A DNA stretch of 64,000 bases from a virus: positions 1 to 64,000 of the IMG/VR virus record IMGVR_UViG_3300020462_000003. One strand, given 5' to 3'. Both the position numbers and the translations under genes were made by a program. Positions 37,842 through 48,291 of the stretch are shown piece by piece (the first letter of the stretch is position 1; the number at the start of each line of letters is the position of its first letter). The notes beneath the pieces were generated by a model, which was not told where the DNA came from, searched no databases, and saw nothing but the letters and a program-made list of their open reading frames with translations.

Positions 37842-40064
37842 TTAGGCGACCCCCTCACCCCCTTCCCAGTCGGATACGGTGTGTTGGAAGGTAGGCAGAG
37901 CCAGCGAGTTAGACACGTAGGAGCCAGGTACATCGAGTGTCATCACGCCGATATTTCCGGAGTGGACGGTGCGTGAGTACATGTCCTGCGGCAATTCGCC
38001 CCATACGATCAAGGGCGTTTCAGCTACAAGTTCAAAAGGATCGATCAGGCTCTGGGTATCCAGCAGCTTGCGCATCTCCTCCAATTCAGCGACCTGAGTC
38101 TCCTTGAACAGCTCGAACTGCTGCAGCTCGTTGTTGTAGTCCTGGATCTGCCCTTGCTGGTGAACACTCATGGCAGCCTTGCCCAAGCTGGTTCCCAACT
38201 TCACGAACACATTGGCCGTGGCTGATTTCACCGCCTCCACCGAGAGAGCACCTGCTTTGCCGATCGCCTGGTAACCCCCGTAGGCAATTGCAATGACAGC
38301 GATGACCATGGCCCATTCCGCACCGACTGCTTCAGCAAAGAGCTGAATGGCAGCAGAGATTGCAAACTGAATGATGATGGTGGCAATGACCGCCATCGCC
38401 AGGTACACCGTACCTGCAGCTGCAATAGCCGCCCACATGGCAGCACCACCTGGCGGATAGATCACAGTCAGCACGATGGACACAATGATCATCACCCACT
38501 TGAACCAACCACTTTGATACCACTTGGTCTTGGTGGTGACTCGGGTGTTGAAGATGTTGTGCAACGATCTTGTGTACAGGATCTCTTTATCAGGAAGGGA
38601 AAAGTGACTGGCCACTGACCGGTCCAGAGGCACCAACAACTTGTCGGAGGAGCCACTGGCAGAGGTCGAATAGTCTTTCCAGATAGCGTAGGTAGTCTTG
38701 AGGCCGTACACCTTAATCTCATCATAGAAGCCGCGTGCCACCTGCTTCTGATAGACGTGGCATCCGTCTCCCGATCCACCGGCATAGCCACCAACCTTGG
38801 CCACCGTTCCGGCTATGCGCTTTCGCGTCATTCCCTGGAAACGCAGAACCATGTGGAACTCCTTGTCCCGGAGGCTGATGGTTCGGCCTGTGGCTGGGTC
38901 ATAACCAAGCGAGGATGCCAGGGCATTCAACGCGGACTGCGAGGCACCACTGCTTTGGTGATACATCAGGCCGAAGTATTCGTAGAGATACTTACGATCC
39001 ACCTCGTCTTCGCTGTTGGCTGCTACTGCCATGATGGTCATGGCCTGCTCTACATCATCGATCCCTGGGTTCTCGTGGATAGCAGTACCAAATTCCACGA
39101 AGTCGATCCCGAGGTACTTACACAGTTTGATCGAGGATACGTAAGCAGGATCACCTACTACGTTTTCGCTGACCCGACTTTGTTGATCGTGCCGGTAATA
39201 GATCCAAGGGAAGTATGTGCCCATCTCTGTGAAGGAGGTCTTGTAGATCGTGTCCACAGCCGGGTATAGGCCGGACCCTTGCAGGTAACGCCAGTACTTG
39301 ACCGCACCGCCCACTCGGTAACGAACATGGTGATAATCGCCGTCTTCGTCGGGATGGGTGTCAATAACCGGAATGTCGAATGACCCCTGCTGCAGCACTT
39401 CATCTTTCAGGTAGACATAGAGAACTCGGACGTAATCCTGAGTCGCTTCCGTATCAACCTGATAAGGAGATGGCTTCACCAGGGTGTGAAGGGTCTCCGA
39501 ACCCATAGCGACTCGTTCAGGGGTGTACCCTGCCGATGGAGCGTTGCCCCACACATCGAGCGTTCCTGGCTCGGCAGCATCGAGGGTGGCCTGCGTGTAG
39601 ACCGCAATCATGTCCTGCAGGTACACCTTGGCTTCCAGCAGAGCACTGAGTGAGGTGATCTCATTACTCGATACATCATACCCATGATCTGCAATCAAGG
39701 TCTGCCAGCCCACATGGATGTTGTTCAACGGACCAAAGTGGTAGTAATCCAGGGCGATGGGTTGCCCTTCGATATCTTCCAGTGTCTGGGTCACCACAAC
39801 TTTCCCCTGAGTGGGGGAAATGCCGGTTGCCTGAGGAAGCCCGTAGAAGTAATCCCCTCGCTTGGCGAAGGCGTACATCCGTTCTGCCCGGACAGCCACA
39901 CTCTCCACCATCTTGTTCAACAGGTGGTTGGAGATCCGATCGCCATCCTTGAGGATGTACTCGATCACAGCCGACTTGGCTGATGCAGGTAGCTGGTTGT
40001 CCTCCACCATGCGCTGCACTTCGGTGTGTACCGTGGTCTTCTTCTTACTGCTGAACAGCCCCAT
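37842..40064 (-). CDS. Virion structural protein (gp53-like)
   Basis: MGLFS start after GGAGG; C-terminal hydrophobic helices; synteny. Confidence 0.75.
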   Translation of the reverse strand: MGLFSSKKKTTVHTEVQRMVEDNQLPASAKSAVIEYILKDGDRISNHLLNKMVESVAVRAERMYAFAKRGDYFYGLPQATGISPTQGKVVVTQTLEDIEGQPIALDYYHFGPLNNIHVGWQTLIADHGYDVSSNEITSLSALLEAKVYLQDMIAVYTQATLDAAEPGTLDVWGNAPSAGYTPERVAMGSETLHTLVKPSPYQVDTEATQDYVRVLYVYLKDEVLQQGSFDIPVIDTHPDEDGDYHHVRYRVGGAVKYWRYLQGSGLYPAVDTIYKTSFTEMGTYFPWIYYRHDQQSRVSENVVGDPAYVSSIKLCKYLGIDFVEFGTAIHENPGIDDVEQAMTIMAVAANSEDEVDRKYLYEYFGLMYHQSSGASQSALNALASSLGYDPATGRTISLRDKEFHMVLRFQGMTRKRIAGTVAKVGGYAGGSGDGCHVYQKQVARGFYDEIKVYGLKTTYAIWKDYSTSASGSSDKLLVPLDRSVASHFSLPDKEILYTRSLHNIFNTRVTTKTKWYQSGWFKWVMIIVSIVLTVIYPPGGAAMWAAIAAAGTVYLAMAVIATIIIQFAISAAIQLFAEAVGAEWAMVIAVIAIAYGGYQAIGKAGALSVEAVKSATANVFVKLGTSLGKAAMSVHQQGQIQDYNNELQQFELFKETQVAELEEMRKLLDTQSLIDPFELVAETPLIVWGELPQDMYSRTVHSGNIGVMTLDVPGSYVSNSLALPTFQHTVSDWEGGEGVA

Positions 40065-40074
40065 ACCAGCCTCC

Positions 40075-40102
40075 AAAAAGAAAGGGAGCCATAAGGCTCC
40101 CT
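40075..40102 (-). terminator. Intrinsic terminator
   Basis: AGGGAGCC/GGCTCCCT stem plus T-run on the minus strand. Confidence 0.75.
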
Positions 40103-40123
40103 GTTCTCACTACGCCTGTCGAA

Positions 40124-40753
40124 TCAGGCCTTGATACCTGCCAGTAACTTGCTTACTGCACGTCCAATCGTGGCGTCGTTGAGCATGTTGGTCGAGTCAG
40201 CCACCGTGCCTTCATCCGTGGTTCGACGTACGTTCCAGGTGTCGATCAGGGTCTTGGCGGTCTTCTGCTCAGCATCCCGCTGGAAGCCATCAGTCTGAGC
40301 CTTGTACAGCAGCTTCTGACGGCCCACCACGCTGTCTTCGTCCACACCAGCACCCACGGTCTGGGCTTTCTCGGTGATCTTCTTCTGAGCCAGCAAGCCC
40401 GTCTCTTCAGTGGTCTTCAGGCGCTGTTCCAGCAACAGGTCGTACTCAGCCTTGAGCTTGCACACCTGTGCTTCGAGCACCCGATTCTCCACCTCGGCAT
40501 TAAGGATCTGCTGGTTGATCAGACGAACCTCGGCATCCGCCTTGTCCTTCTGCAACAGGAACTGAACGGATGTTTCCAGCACTTGGGTCAGCGAACCCAG
40601 GTAGACCTGGGCGTACTCCGCACCCTTGATGCGGTTGCGGGAGAACTCCTCATCCAGGTGTGCCCGGCTGGCTTTCATCAGCACATCGAATACACCAGAA
40701 CCCGTCAGACGGGCATCGGTCAGGGCAGACAACGGAATCAGTGATGTACTCAT
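40124..40753 (-). CDS. Structural protein (gp54-like)
   Basis: GSGVFDVLM, RI.GAEYA.VY, Q.DGF.RDAE.K; synteny. Confidence 0.75.
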   Translation of the reverse strand: MSTSLIPLSALTDARLTGSGVFDVLMKASRAHLDEEFSRNRIKGAEYAQVYLGSLTQVLETSVQFLLQKDKADAEVRLINQQILNAEVENRVLEAQVCKLKAEYDLLLEQRLKTTEETGLLAQKKITEKAQTVGAGVDEDSVVGRQKLLYKAQTDGFQRDAEQKTAKTLIDTWNVRRTTDEGTVADSTNMLNDATIGRAVSKLLAGIKA

Positions 40754-40774
40754 TGCACGCTCCAGGTACTTGGG

Positions 40775-41338
40775 TTACAGACCGCCAGCCATGGCCTGAC
40801 GCTGAGCCAGATCCTTCAGTTCATCCTTGGTCAGTGCAGGCAGCACTTCCACCGCGAACTCACGGATCAGCTTGCCCTTGCGGGTCTTGTTACCGCCCGG
40901 CAGGGTGATGGTCTGGAACACCTGGCACTGACGCTGGACGATCTGGTTGTAGATGATGCGTGGCACATGCCAGCCGTCATCAGCATTGAACGGAACGTAC
41001 TTCTTGAAGGTGCCGACCGTGCTGTTGCCTACGGTGAAGATTTCGCCTTCCCATTCCTTCTTGGCGGGGTTCATACAGGTCACGCGAATACGCACAAGCT
41101 CACTGGCTTGCTTCTTCAGGCGCACGCGTTTCTGACCTTCGGTTTCTTTCTCGGCAGACGCTTCGCTCGAAGAGTCCGCAGCTGGCGCGTCGCCTTCGGC
41201 TAGCTTGGCTGCTACCTTCTCGCGCAGCCTGTCCGCTCCAATGGAGGGGTGATAGGAAATGCCCAGCAGATCAGCACGGGCTTTGAGGGTGGCGAGTTCG
41301 TCTTGGACGAGTACTTCTTCTTGATCCAACTCTTGCAT
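40775..41338 (-). CDS. Conserved protein (gp55-like)
   Basis: LKARADLLGI, R.RVTCMNP.K..W.GEI, LA.RQA. Confidence 0.75.
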   Translation of the reverse strand: MQELDQEEVLVQDELATLKARADLLGISYHPSIGADRLREKVAAKLAEGDAPAADSSSEASAEKETEGQKRVRLKKQASELVRIRVTCMNPAKKEWEGEIFTVGNSTVGTFKKYVPFNADDGWHVPRIIYNQIVQRQCQVFQTITLPGGNKTRKGKLIREFAVEVLPALTKDELKDLAQRQAMAGGL

Positions 41339-41360
41339 TGCAGATGCTCCGATTGATGAG

Positions 41361-41383
41361 AAAAGGGGCAGTTGCCTGCCCCT
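41361..41383 (-). terminator. Terminator after the major capsid gene
   Basis: AGGGGCAG-GCAA-CTGCCCCTTTT on the minus strand. Confidence 0.75.
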
Positions 41384-41398
41384 AGTTACCGCAGTGGA

Positions 41399-42568
41399 TT
41401 ACAGCTTGGCGGCGGTCTTGATCAGACCGATACGCTCCGGACGCAGGACCATGAAGCCGTAGTACCACTTGATCGACATGAAGCCGGTCTCGCCGTACGG
41501 GTCGTTGCGGTCAGCGGTCTGCTCACCTGGCTTCTTGTGGTAGATCTTGAACTTCACGGTTTTGCCATCAGTCTGGAAACCGATGGTGGTGAAGGACTCG
41601 CTACCGATAACCAGCATCGGGAACACGTCGAACTTGTCGCCCGTGGTGTAGTGAGCAGCATCACCCGCAGCAGCTGCACCCGCACCCGCCCACTTCAGCA
41701 TTTCCGGAACCACGACGATGCGGAACTGATCGATGGTGCCAATCTCGCCAGTCAGGGTCTGGCCACCAGCGGCGTACTTCTCGATGGAGATGAAGGCCGG
41801 AGCGTTGTGCAGATCCTTCATGCCTTTCAGCGTCGGGATCAGTTCGGAACCGCAGTACAGAACACGGGCACCTTGGATGGTCGCGGTATCAACCATACGA
41901 GTACCGGTGATCATCTTGGTGTGCTTCGGCGTACGGTTGTTGTCCAGGTCAATGGACAGACGCATCAGGTCGCCGTAAGAGACCAGATCAGCCGCATCGA
42001 CTTCCACGTCCTGAGTGGCGTTACCGGCGTAGCGAATCACACCCGCCGAGTTCAGGAGGTCGATCTGGAGAGCGTCCTCGTTGATCTCGTTGGCACCGTT
42101 GATCATCTCGCGGTTGATGTGCTGCATCAGCTCAGCATCGGTGTCGAAGTCCAGGGATTCCTGGGTGTACTCGTCGAAGAAGCCGAACTTCTCGAACGTG
42201 CCTTCGAGTTCCTTACGCTTGAAGCCAACACGGTTCACGCGACCACCGGTCTCGGAGAGAGCGGGTAGTTTCGCGGTGATGGTGCCCACGTCCTTGCTGG
42301 AGCCATACAGGTTACCGTTGGCGATGACCACACCAGCAGCATCGATGCCCTGGTCGTTGATGTTCGCGTCATCGAGCAGCGGCAGGTAGTGATAACGCTT
42401 GATCTTCTTACCCATGTTCTTGGGCATCGAAGTGGTATCAGCCAGCTGACTGAAGTACTGCTCTTTACGAGCTTCGATCAGCGCCTGCTTGATGTAGTGG
42501 AACGTGTTGAACTGGTTGCCCATCGTCGATGGAGTACCGCCAGCTGGATCGTTGTATTGCATACCCAT
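41399..42568 (-). CDS. Major capsid protein (N4 gp56 family)
   Basis: MPKNMGK.IK..HY.PLLDD.N.NDQGIDA, GNLYGSSKD, DPYGE.GF.SIKWYYG. Confidence 0.95.
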   Translation of the reverse strand: MGMQYNDPAGGTPSTMGNQFNTFHYIKQALIEARKEQYFSQLADTTSMPKNMGKKIKRYHYLPLLDDANINDQGIDAAGVVIANGNLYGSSKDVGTITAKLPALSETGGRVNRVGFKRKELEGTFEKFGFFDEYTQESLDFDTDAELMQHINREMINGANEINEDALQIDLLNSAGVIRYAGNATQDVEVDAADLVSYGDLMRLSIDLDNNRTPKHTKMITGTRMVDTATIQGARVLYCGSELIPTLKGMKDLHNAPAFISIEKYAAGGQTLTGEIGTIDQFRIVVVPEMLKWAGAGAAAAGDAAHYTTGDKFDVFPMLVIGSESFTTIGFQTDGKTVKFKIYHKKPGEQTADRNDPYGETGFMSIKWYYGFMVLRPERIGLIKTAAKL

Positions 42569-42583
42569 GAGAACACCTCGTCG

Positions 42584-43747
42584 TTACATGTATTTGGGAT
42601 TACCCAACTTGCTGAACTCTTCATCGCTCAGAGCCAGAGGATTGAACTCAGGCTGCTTGGCGACTGGAGCCGCAGGTTTTGGTGGGCTGGCAGCTCGCTT
42701 CTTGTCACGTAGGTCGGGTTCGGGAGCAACCACCGGTACAGGGACGGGTTCCTTAACGGGTACGGGTTCAGCCGGTACTTGTTGTTTGAACAAGTTGGCG
42801 AATCCATTACGCGCCTGGATAGCGTCACCGACTTGGCGATAAGCCTCGATATCCGACACACCATTCAAGCGTCCAAACATGCGTTCACGTTCGATCTCGC
42901 TACTGATCAGGTCATATACGCCACTGGCCATGTGGTCGTTAATCACTTTCAGAAGTTGGGGATTGTTCGCAACCACTTGTTTACTGGCAGCATCCCACTT
43001 GTTGCTAACGACGCTGACGGTCTTGGAGTACACCGGTGTGTCCTGGATTTCTTCCAGCACCGCGTCCAAATCCATCTCACGTTCATCGACAGTGTAAGTA
43101 TTGGGTGCGTACTCATTCGCTTTTTCTACGTCTACATCCAGTGGATCAATACCACTGTCCTTGAGCAACTTCCCGATTGCGGCTGGGTTCTTTTTATCCA
43201 GATCAATCAGGAAGCCAAGTTTCTCTTCACTCAGGAGGTTATTGTTCTCCAGAAGTTTAAGCAATTTCAAATTCGGTTTCAGAGCAGCCATTTTCTTATT
43301 GTAATTGGCGCCCATCTGCATAAGAGCAACTGCATCGTCGACATTATCGACAACCATCTCTTTTCCGTTCGCCTTGAATGGCGCGAATAGTTTATCGACG
43401 ATTGCTTTGTGATCGACCGGTTGTACCGGTTCATCTGCTGCCGGTTTGTCCTTGGACTCTTCTGTAGGTGCAGCTGGGACTTCTGGTTCCTTGCCGCTGA
43501 CCGGCTCTTCTTCGTCGGTCGTGGTGTCCGGTTCTGGCTTGGGGTCTTGTTCAGTGCCCTGGTCATCTTCGTCTTCCTCGGTAACAGGTGCAGCTGCCGG
43601 ATCAACTACCGGGGCCTGAGGCTCAACAACAGCATTCAGATCCAGCTTGGCAAACTCCTCGTCACTCATATCGAGCACGTCGGAGTTCAGCTCTTCTTCC
43701 TGTTCCTGGTCGAGATCCAGGTCTTCTACATTGTCAGCAAGGCTCAT
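42584..43747 (-). CDS. gp57-like protein (probable scaffold)
   Basis: Acidic N-terminus, PFKANG, LMQMGANY.KKM; between portal and capsid. Confidence 0.75.
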   Translation of the reverse strand: MSLADNVEDLDLDQEQEEELNSDVLDMSDEEFAKLDLNAVVEPQAPVVDPAAAPVTEEDEDDQGTEQDPKPEPDTTTDEEEPVSGKEPEVPAAPTEESKDKPAADEPVQPVDHKAIVDKLFAPFKANGKEMVVDNVDDAVALMQMGANYNKKMAALKPNLKLLKLLENNNLLSEEKLGFLIDLDKKNPAAIGKLLKDSGIDPLDVDVEKANEYAPNTYTVDEREMDLDAVLEEIQDTPVYSKTVSVVSNKWDAASKQVVANNPQLLKVINDHMASGVYDLISSEIERERMFGRLNGVSDIEAYRQVGDAIQARNGFANLFKQQVPAEPVPVKEPVPVPVVAPEPDLRDKKRAASPPKPAAPVAKQPEFNPLALSDEEFSKLGNPKYM

Positions 43748-44088
43748 TATTCAAGCTCCTCTTGAGCAAGTTCAGCGCGGAACTCTTCATCCGCTGCGAG
43801 TTGTTTGGTGGCTTGTTCGCAGAGGTGTTCCTGCACACGCAAGTAATCACTCAATCCGGAGATGGCATCCATCTGTTTGATGATGGAGGCTTGGCTCTCG
43901 GCAGACTGCATGTTCGGGTCTGCCCGTAGATGGACAAGACGGACAGCTTCGCGCTCGAAGTAGCCTTTAAGGATTACTTCCTTGAAGTCCTTGTTAACCA
44001 ACAGTCGAGCCAGTGCTTTACCCTGCTCAATTGTTTTACGGTTTGAACTGATGGCTGCGTCGAGTTGTTCAATGTGACCTTGGGACAT
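43747..44088 (-). CDS. gp58-like protein
   Basis: L..N.DFK.VI..GYF..EA.RLV; synteny. Confidence 0.7.
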   Translation of the reverse strand: MSQGHIEQLDAAISSNRKTIEQGKALARLLVNKDFKEVILKGYFEREAVRLVHLRADPNMQSAESQASIIKQMDAISGLSDYLRVQEHLCEQATKQLAADEEFRAELAQEELE

Positions 44089-44187
44089 ATCTCTACCAGT
44101 GCTGTAGTAGTTAATAGGGATTAAACGATGCGGAACATAATACAAATCAACTAGAAAGGCACCACAGGTGTGGTGCCCTATTAACTA

Positions 44188-46332
44188 CTAGTTAGTTGTC
44201 GGCTTCTTCTGCTGAGCTTTCATGTGGTTATCCACCACTTTCAACTGCATCTGTGCCCTGGCTTGTGCGCCCTGTTTCTGCAAGTCACGTTCCTGTTTCA
44301 CCCCAGACTCTTGTTCAACGAAGTCCAGGTTCTTCAGGTCAGCATCACTTTGAAGATGGGTGGCTTTAGCCCCTTCAGTTCCAACTTTGGCACCGGAGAG
44401 TTCTGCGTCAGCCTGCAACTTCATAGCCTTCGCCTGAAGTTCCATGACTTCCGCTTCCAACTTAGCCAGTTCCAGTTCCTGCATACGCTGAGCAATTGGA
44501 TCAGGCTCAGGCTGGTACTCCTCGATCTGCTTGGCCAGATCAGGCATCTTCCGCAGGCGAGCAATGTCGGCCAGGATCATGCGACTCATCGCAGGGTCCA
44601 TGTTGTTGCCCATGGTCTGCAGCATGAAGGCCAGTTCCTGTGCCTTGGCGTTGTCGTCTTCAGCCGTGGTGATGTTCAGACGCAGGTCGAAGTTACCGGC
44701 CAGGTCATCACGGCGAATCTCCACGAAGTCTTCTTCGGTGATCCGCACCACTTCCTGCTCCGAGAGCCATACCGCATTCATTGAGATGAACTTGCGGGCC
44801 ACCTTGACCATGCCTGCAGCCAGGCGACGAAGGATGGCCAGCTCACGCTTGGATGCAGCGTCCAATGCACCCCGGATACCAGCAGCCACTTCACCCAGAG
44901 AAGATCCAGAGATCCCTTGGTTGAATGCCTTCACACCGGTCAGTGATTCAGCCTCGAAGTTCTGCAGCTGCAGCATGAACTGAGCACTGGCGGGGATCTC
45001 CGGGAAGGTGTGCATGAACACGCCCTGGCGAGGATCGACGTTGGCATTGAACTCGTAGTCCTGGCCCTTCTCGTACTTGCGGCGGTTGGTTACATCGAGC
45101 ATGTCTTTGCGCATGCCGGTCTGACCATTAGCACCCTTACCGAGAATGTCGATCATGCCGCGAGTCACAGCACCGATGATCTTCTGGTTGTCTTCCAGCA
45201 GTGAACCATCTGGCTCACCGTAGATGCTCTTGCGCACCGGCAAGTAAGGGACCACAACGAAGGGAAGTTTCTGATCCGGGAAGGGGTTCTCTTCCATGCG
45301 GATAAGGGTGTCGCCTACCCAAGCCACCACAATAGGCCGCACAATCCCAGTACCATCAATATCCCAAAATCCCCAATATTCATAAACAACAAACTTCTTA
45401 CGGGGTTCGTCACTGAAGTTGAAATTCTTTGAATACTCGTTGGCCGTTGCATGGTCAGGTTCCCCCAAGATGGAATTTGAGGTGATATTGATCTGGTCCA
45501 GGTTCTTGTACCGATCCCCCTCCTTCTTCAACTGAGCCAGTGAAGATTCAAAGGAGTAGATAACAAAGCTGGCCTTGTCGATATCGCCCTGACACGTAGG
45601 GTCGATCATGACATTGCGGTAGTCGCAGACTTCCACAGTCGGATGGTTCTTGATCACCCGAGTCTTCTTGACTGGCTTGTGCCCCTTGACCACGGCTTCA
45701 ACAGGTCGGCCATGTTGTTGGTACAACTGATGCGCCTGCTTAATCTCCGGTTCAACTTCCTGCTCGTATTGTTCAGGACTTTGCTGAACCATCTGATCCA
45801 GGTGCTGCATCATCGGAGCAGCTTCATCGCTGAAGACGTACTCCACATCAGGAACGATGGCGGTGTACTCCTCTTCTTCAAAGCTCCAGCCGGTACGGAG
45901 TATAACGGTGCCTTCGTCCACTGCTGTTCGCACGAACTCGTCAATGAACGTCACCTTATCGATGCGCGTATTGAACTGGTTGTTCAGAATCAACTGGTTC
46001 TGTTGAGCCGCTTTCTTATCTTCCCAACTGACCGGACGCACACTGAATACATCGTCGGTACTGAGGAAAGGTTCGCTGAGTGCGGGATACCGCCACTCGG
46101 CTTGTTTACGAATGAGCTTGGGTACGATCTTGGAAGAACCTTCCGGCGTCTTGACCTGAGCCTTGCCGGTAACGTTCAAGTTATCCAGCCATTCACTGAT
46201 CTGAGAAGTCTTGCTGTCGTGGTAGCTCTTGGCTTCCTGATAGTCCTGCTTCAAATCAAGGATAGAAGGTTCTTTGGCCCACTTTGTGAGCTTCTTAACT
46301 GCGGCAGTTGCTGCCACCAAATTGTCGGCCAT
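44188..46332 (-). CDS. Portal protein (gp59-like)
   Basis: PKLIRKQAEWRY.ALSEPFL, IRMEENPFPD, EAESLTGVKAF. Confidence 0.9.
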   Translation of the reverse strand: MADNLVAATAAVKKLTKWAKEPSILDLKQDYQEAKSYHDSKTSQISEWLDNLNVTGKAQVKTPEGSSKIVPKLIRKQAEWRYPALSEPFLSTDDVFSVRPVSWEDKKAAQQNQLILNNQFNTRIDKVTFIDEFVRTAVDEGTVILRTGWSFEEEEYTAIVPDVEYVFSDEAAPMMQHLDQMVQQSPEQYEQEVEPEIKQAHQLYQQHGRPVEAVVKGHKPVKKTRVIKNHPTVEVCDYRNVMIDPTCQGDIDKASFVIYSFESSLAQLKKEGDRYKNLDQINITSNSILGEPDHATANEYSKNFNFSDEPRKKFVVYEYWGFWDIDGTGIVRPIVVAWVGDTLIRMEENPFPDQKLPFVVVPYLPVRKSIYGEPDGSLLEDNQKIIGAVTRGMIDILGKGANGQTGMRKDMLDVTNRRKYEKGQDYEFNANVDPRQGVFMHTFPEIPASAQFMLQLQNFEAESLTGVKAFNQGISGSSLGEVAAGIRGALDAASKRELAILRRLAAGMVKVARKFISMNAVWLSEQEVVRITEEDFVEIRRDDLAGNFDLRLNITTAEDDNAKAQELAFMLQTMGNNMDPAMSRMILADIARLRKMPDLAKQIEEYQPEPDPIAQRMQELELAKLEAEVMELQAKAMKLQADAELSGAKVGTEGAKATHLQSDADLKNLDFVEQESGVKQERDLQKQGAQARAQMQLKVVDNHMKAQQKKPTTN

Positions 46333-46397
46333 ATCAAATCCCGAGGGTGGTAGATACAATGGCCGCATCTTAACAACAAACTACTGGAGTACCTGAA

Positions 46398-46823
46398 ATG
46401 AATATCCAACCCCTGCACCCCAAATTCAAAGTTCCAACCAAAGGAACTGAACAGGCGGGTGCTTATGATCTCTATATGCCTGAACCTGGTCACTGCGAGG
46501 GCGACAACTATGAAGTAAAGGTCAACCTGGGTTTCGCTGCCGAACTTCCAGCGGGGCATGTAGCCCTGCTACTTCCCCGTTCGGGTGTGGGCAGTAAGGT
46601 GGGACTGGAACTGAACAATACCTGTGGCGTAATCGATGCTGATTACCGAGGCCCTTGGTTTGCAACGCTGCGAACCAAAGACGGTAATTTTTATTCATGG
46701 AATGCAGGCGATCGTCTGCTGCAGATGCTGATCGTTCCGGTTGCACAAGTTGAATTCAATGTTGTGGACGATCTGTCCGAAACTTCCCGTGGCACTGGTG
46801 GCCTTGGCTCAACTGGTAAGTGA
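46398..46823 (+). CDS. dut: Trimeric dUTPase
   Basis: AGAYDL, PRSG, GVIDADYRG, GDR..Q, RGTGGLGSTG. Confidence 0.95.
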   Translation: MNIQPLHPKFKVPTKGTEQAGAYDLYMPEPGHCEGDNYEVKVNLGFAAELPAGHVALLLPRSGVGSKVGLELNNTCGVIDADYRGPWFATLRTKDGNFYSWNAGDRLLQMLIVPVAQVEFNVVDDLSETSRGTGGLGSTGK

Positions 46824-47164
46824 GGTGTGCCATGACGTGTGAACTCTTCCGTGTGGACTTCAAACGCAAGTTCCTCAAAGAGCGGACTACCCTTGGCAAG
46901 GATGCCCAGCCCTATGACCCACGGAAGTGTCCCGTCGTCAGCAACATCGTTGACCATGCGATGGTCATGTTGAGTGAGGCTCATGAGCAATACGCTGACC
47001 CACGGCGTGCTGTGTTCCTGGTGGCCGATCCGCTGCATAACTTCAGTGCTGCCATGTTCGACACGGAGTTCTTGAGCACCACTGACGCCATCGAAAGTTT
47101 GGAAGCCACCCTCAACAAACTGTACGCCCTGCGTGAACACGAAGAGCAAGGAGAACCCGCATGA
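46820..47164 (+). CDS. Hypothetical protein
   Basis: ORF coupled to both neighbours. Confidence 0.6.
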   Translation: MRCAMTCELFRVDFKRKFLKERTTLGKDAQPYDPRKCPVVSNIVDHAMVMLSEAHEQYADPRRAVFLVADPLHNFSAAMFDTEFLSTTDAIESLEATLNKLYALREHEEQGEPA

Positions 47165-47523
47165 AGTTCCGCAAAAAGCCTGTGGCAATTGAAGCGTCCC
47201 AGTGGTTCAAGAACGGCGACCACCCTCTTGACTACAGCCGCACACATGACGGACTGGAGAATGGGGAGCTTCGTCAGTTCCTTCCAGAAGAACGCAAGGC
47301 CAACGAGTGGGAAGGCGACATCGTTCGCTATTTCCGCTCACCGGAACTGCCTGGCAAACACGCATGCCAGCACTGCGGAAAGACAATGCACGAGCATGGT
47401 TGGATTGACACGCTTGAAGGGGGGCACATCGTCTGCCCAGGTGACTGGATCATCACTGGTGTGCAGGGGGAACTCTATCCCTGCAAGCCTGGTATCTTCG
47501 CAGCTACCTACGAAGCAGTGTGA
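47161..47523 (+). CDS. Conserved phage protein (KKPV...PCKP family)
   Basis: KFRKKPV.IEA.QW...IDTLEG....PGDWII.G..GE.YPCKP.IF..TYE. Confidence 0.75.
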   Translation: MKFRKKPVAIEASQWFKNGDHPLDYSRTHDGLENGELRQFLPEERKANEWEGDIVRYFRSPELPGKHACQHCGKTMHEHGWIDTLEGGHIVCPGDWIITGVQGELYPCKPGIFAATYEAV

Positions 47524-47529
47524 CAGAAC

Positions 47530-47558
47530 AAGGCCCCAATCAAGGGGCCTTTTCTTTT
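47530..47558. terminator. Bidirectional terminator
   Basis: AAGGCCCC-AATCAA-GGGGCCTTTTCTTTT between convergent genes. Confidence 0.75.
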
Positions 47559-48282
47559 ACACCCAGCCGTTACGGTTGAACCGTGTGTTCCCTTCTCCCA
47601 CATCCAGGCGATGACCCTGGTTGTCCAGCAGCTGACAGGCTGCCTCGAATTTCGCCGCGTAGTTGTTCCCCTCATGGAAATTACCACCGGCACCGATCGG
47701 GTTCATCACCCGGCTGGCCACGTAGAACAGCAACGCCTCCAGGTGGCTGTATGGCAGATCCACCTCGATCTCTGCCGGGTCGAACGAGTTGTCCTCCCGG
47801 ATAAGCTGAGGGTGATTGGCCCGATACACCACATCCACCGTGTCACCTTTCAACAGCTCCGGCAGCACCAACGTGTTCATGCTGACGGTGCGCACGTTGA
47901 GCGGGTGGCCATACCCCAGGTCACCAGCATTGAGCGCCAGCTCCTGGCCCGTGGCATCGAAGACGCGCTCGATCTTGAGCAGGTCATCCTCGAACGGCTG
48001 CAGCATGGAGTCATGGATGTACTTCTCCACGCCCCACGATTCCATGTTGCTCACAGCATGCTTTCTGCTGACGGTGTACGTCCGCAGTCCTGGCACCAGG
48101 TGCAGGGTGACTCGCCCTTCCTTGAGCAGGAAGCGCTTGTGCAGTTCGGTCAGCCCAAGGTTCACATGGGTCAGGATCTCGTTCTGGTTGTCCTTGGTGA
48201 TGCCCTGCTCCTCAGCACCGCCGATATGGAGCTGGCGTAGCTCGCCGTAGGTCAGGGCCTGGAATACTTCAGTTAATTTCAT
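47557..48282 (-). CDS. Head-tail adaptor (gp67-like)
   Basis: L.YGEL, N.GL..LH.RF.L, Y.A.H, EAL..YVASR; downstream of terL. Confidence 0.75.
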   Translation of the reverse strand: MKLTEVFQALTYGELRQLHIGGAEEQGITKDNQNEILTHVNLGLTELHKRFLLKEGRVTLHLVPGLRTYTVSRKHAVSNMESWGVEKYIHDSMLQPFEDDLLKIERVFDATGQELALNAGDLGYGHPLNVRTVSMNTLVLPELLKGDTVDVVYRANHPQLIREDNSFDPAEIEVDLPYSHLEALLFYVASRVMNPIGAGGNFHEGNNYAAKFEAACQLLDNQGHRLDVGEGNTRFNRNGWV

Positions 48283-48291
48283 AGGGGTTCC

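Noticed and set aside
42584-43747. Tape measure protein, a common annotation for gp57 homologues
   Set aside because: Short, acidic and between portal and capsid; a scaffold role fits better.
44102-44117. LexA box CTGTAGTAGTTAATAG
   Set aside because: Mismatch in the conserved CAG and located among late genes; no convincing SOS box was found by eye near int or the HTH genes.
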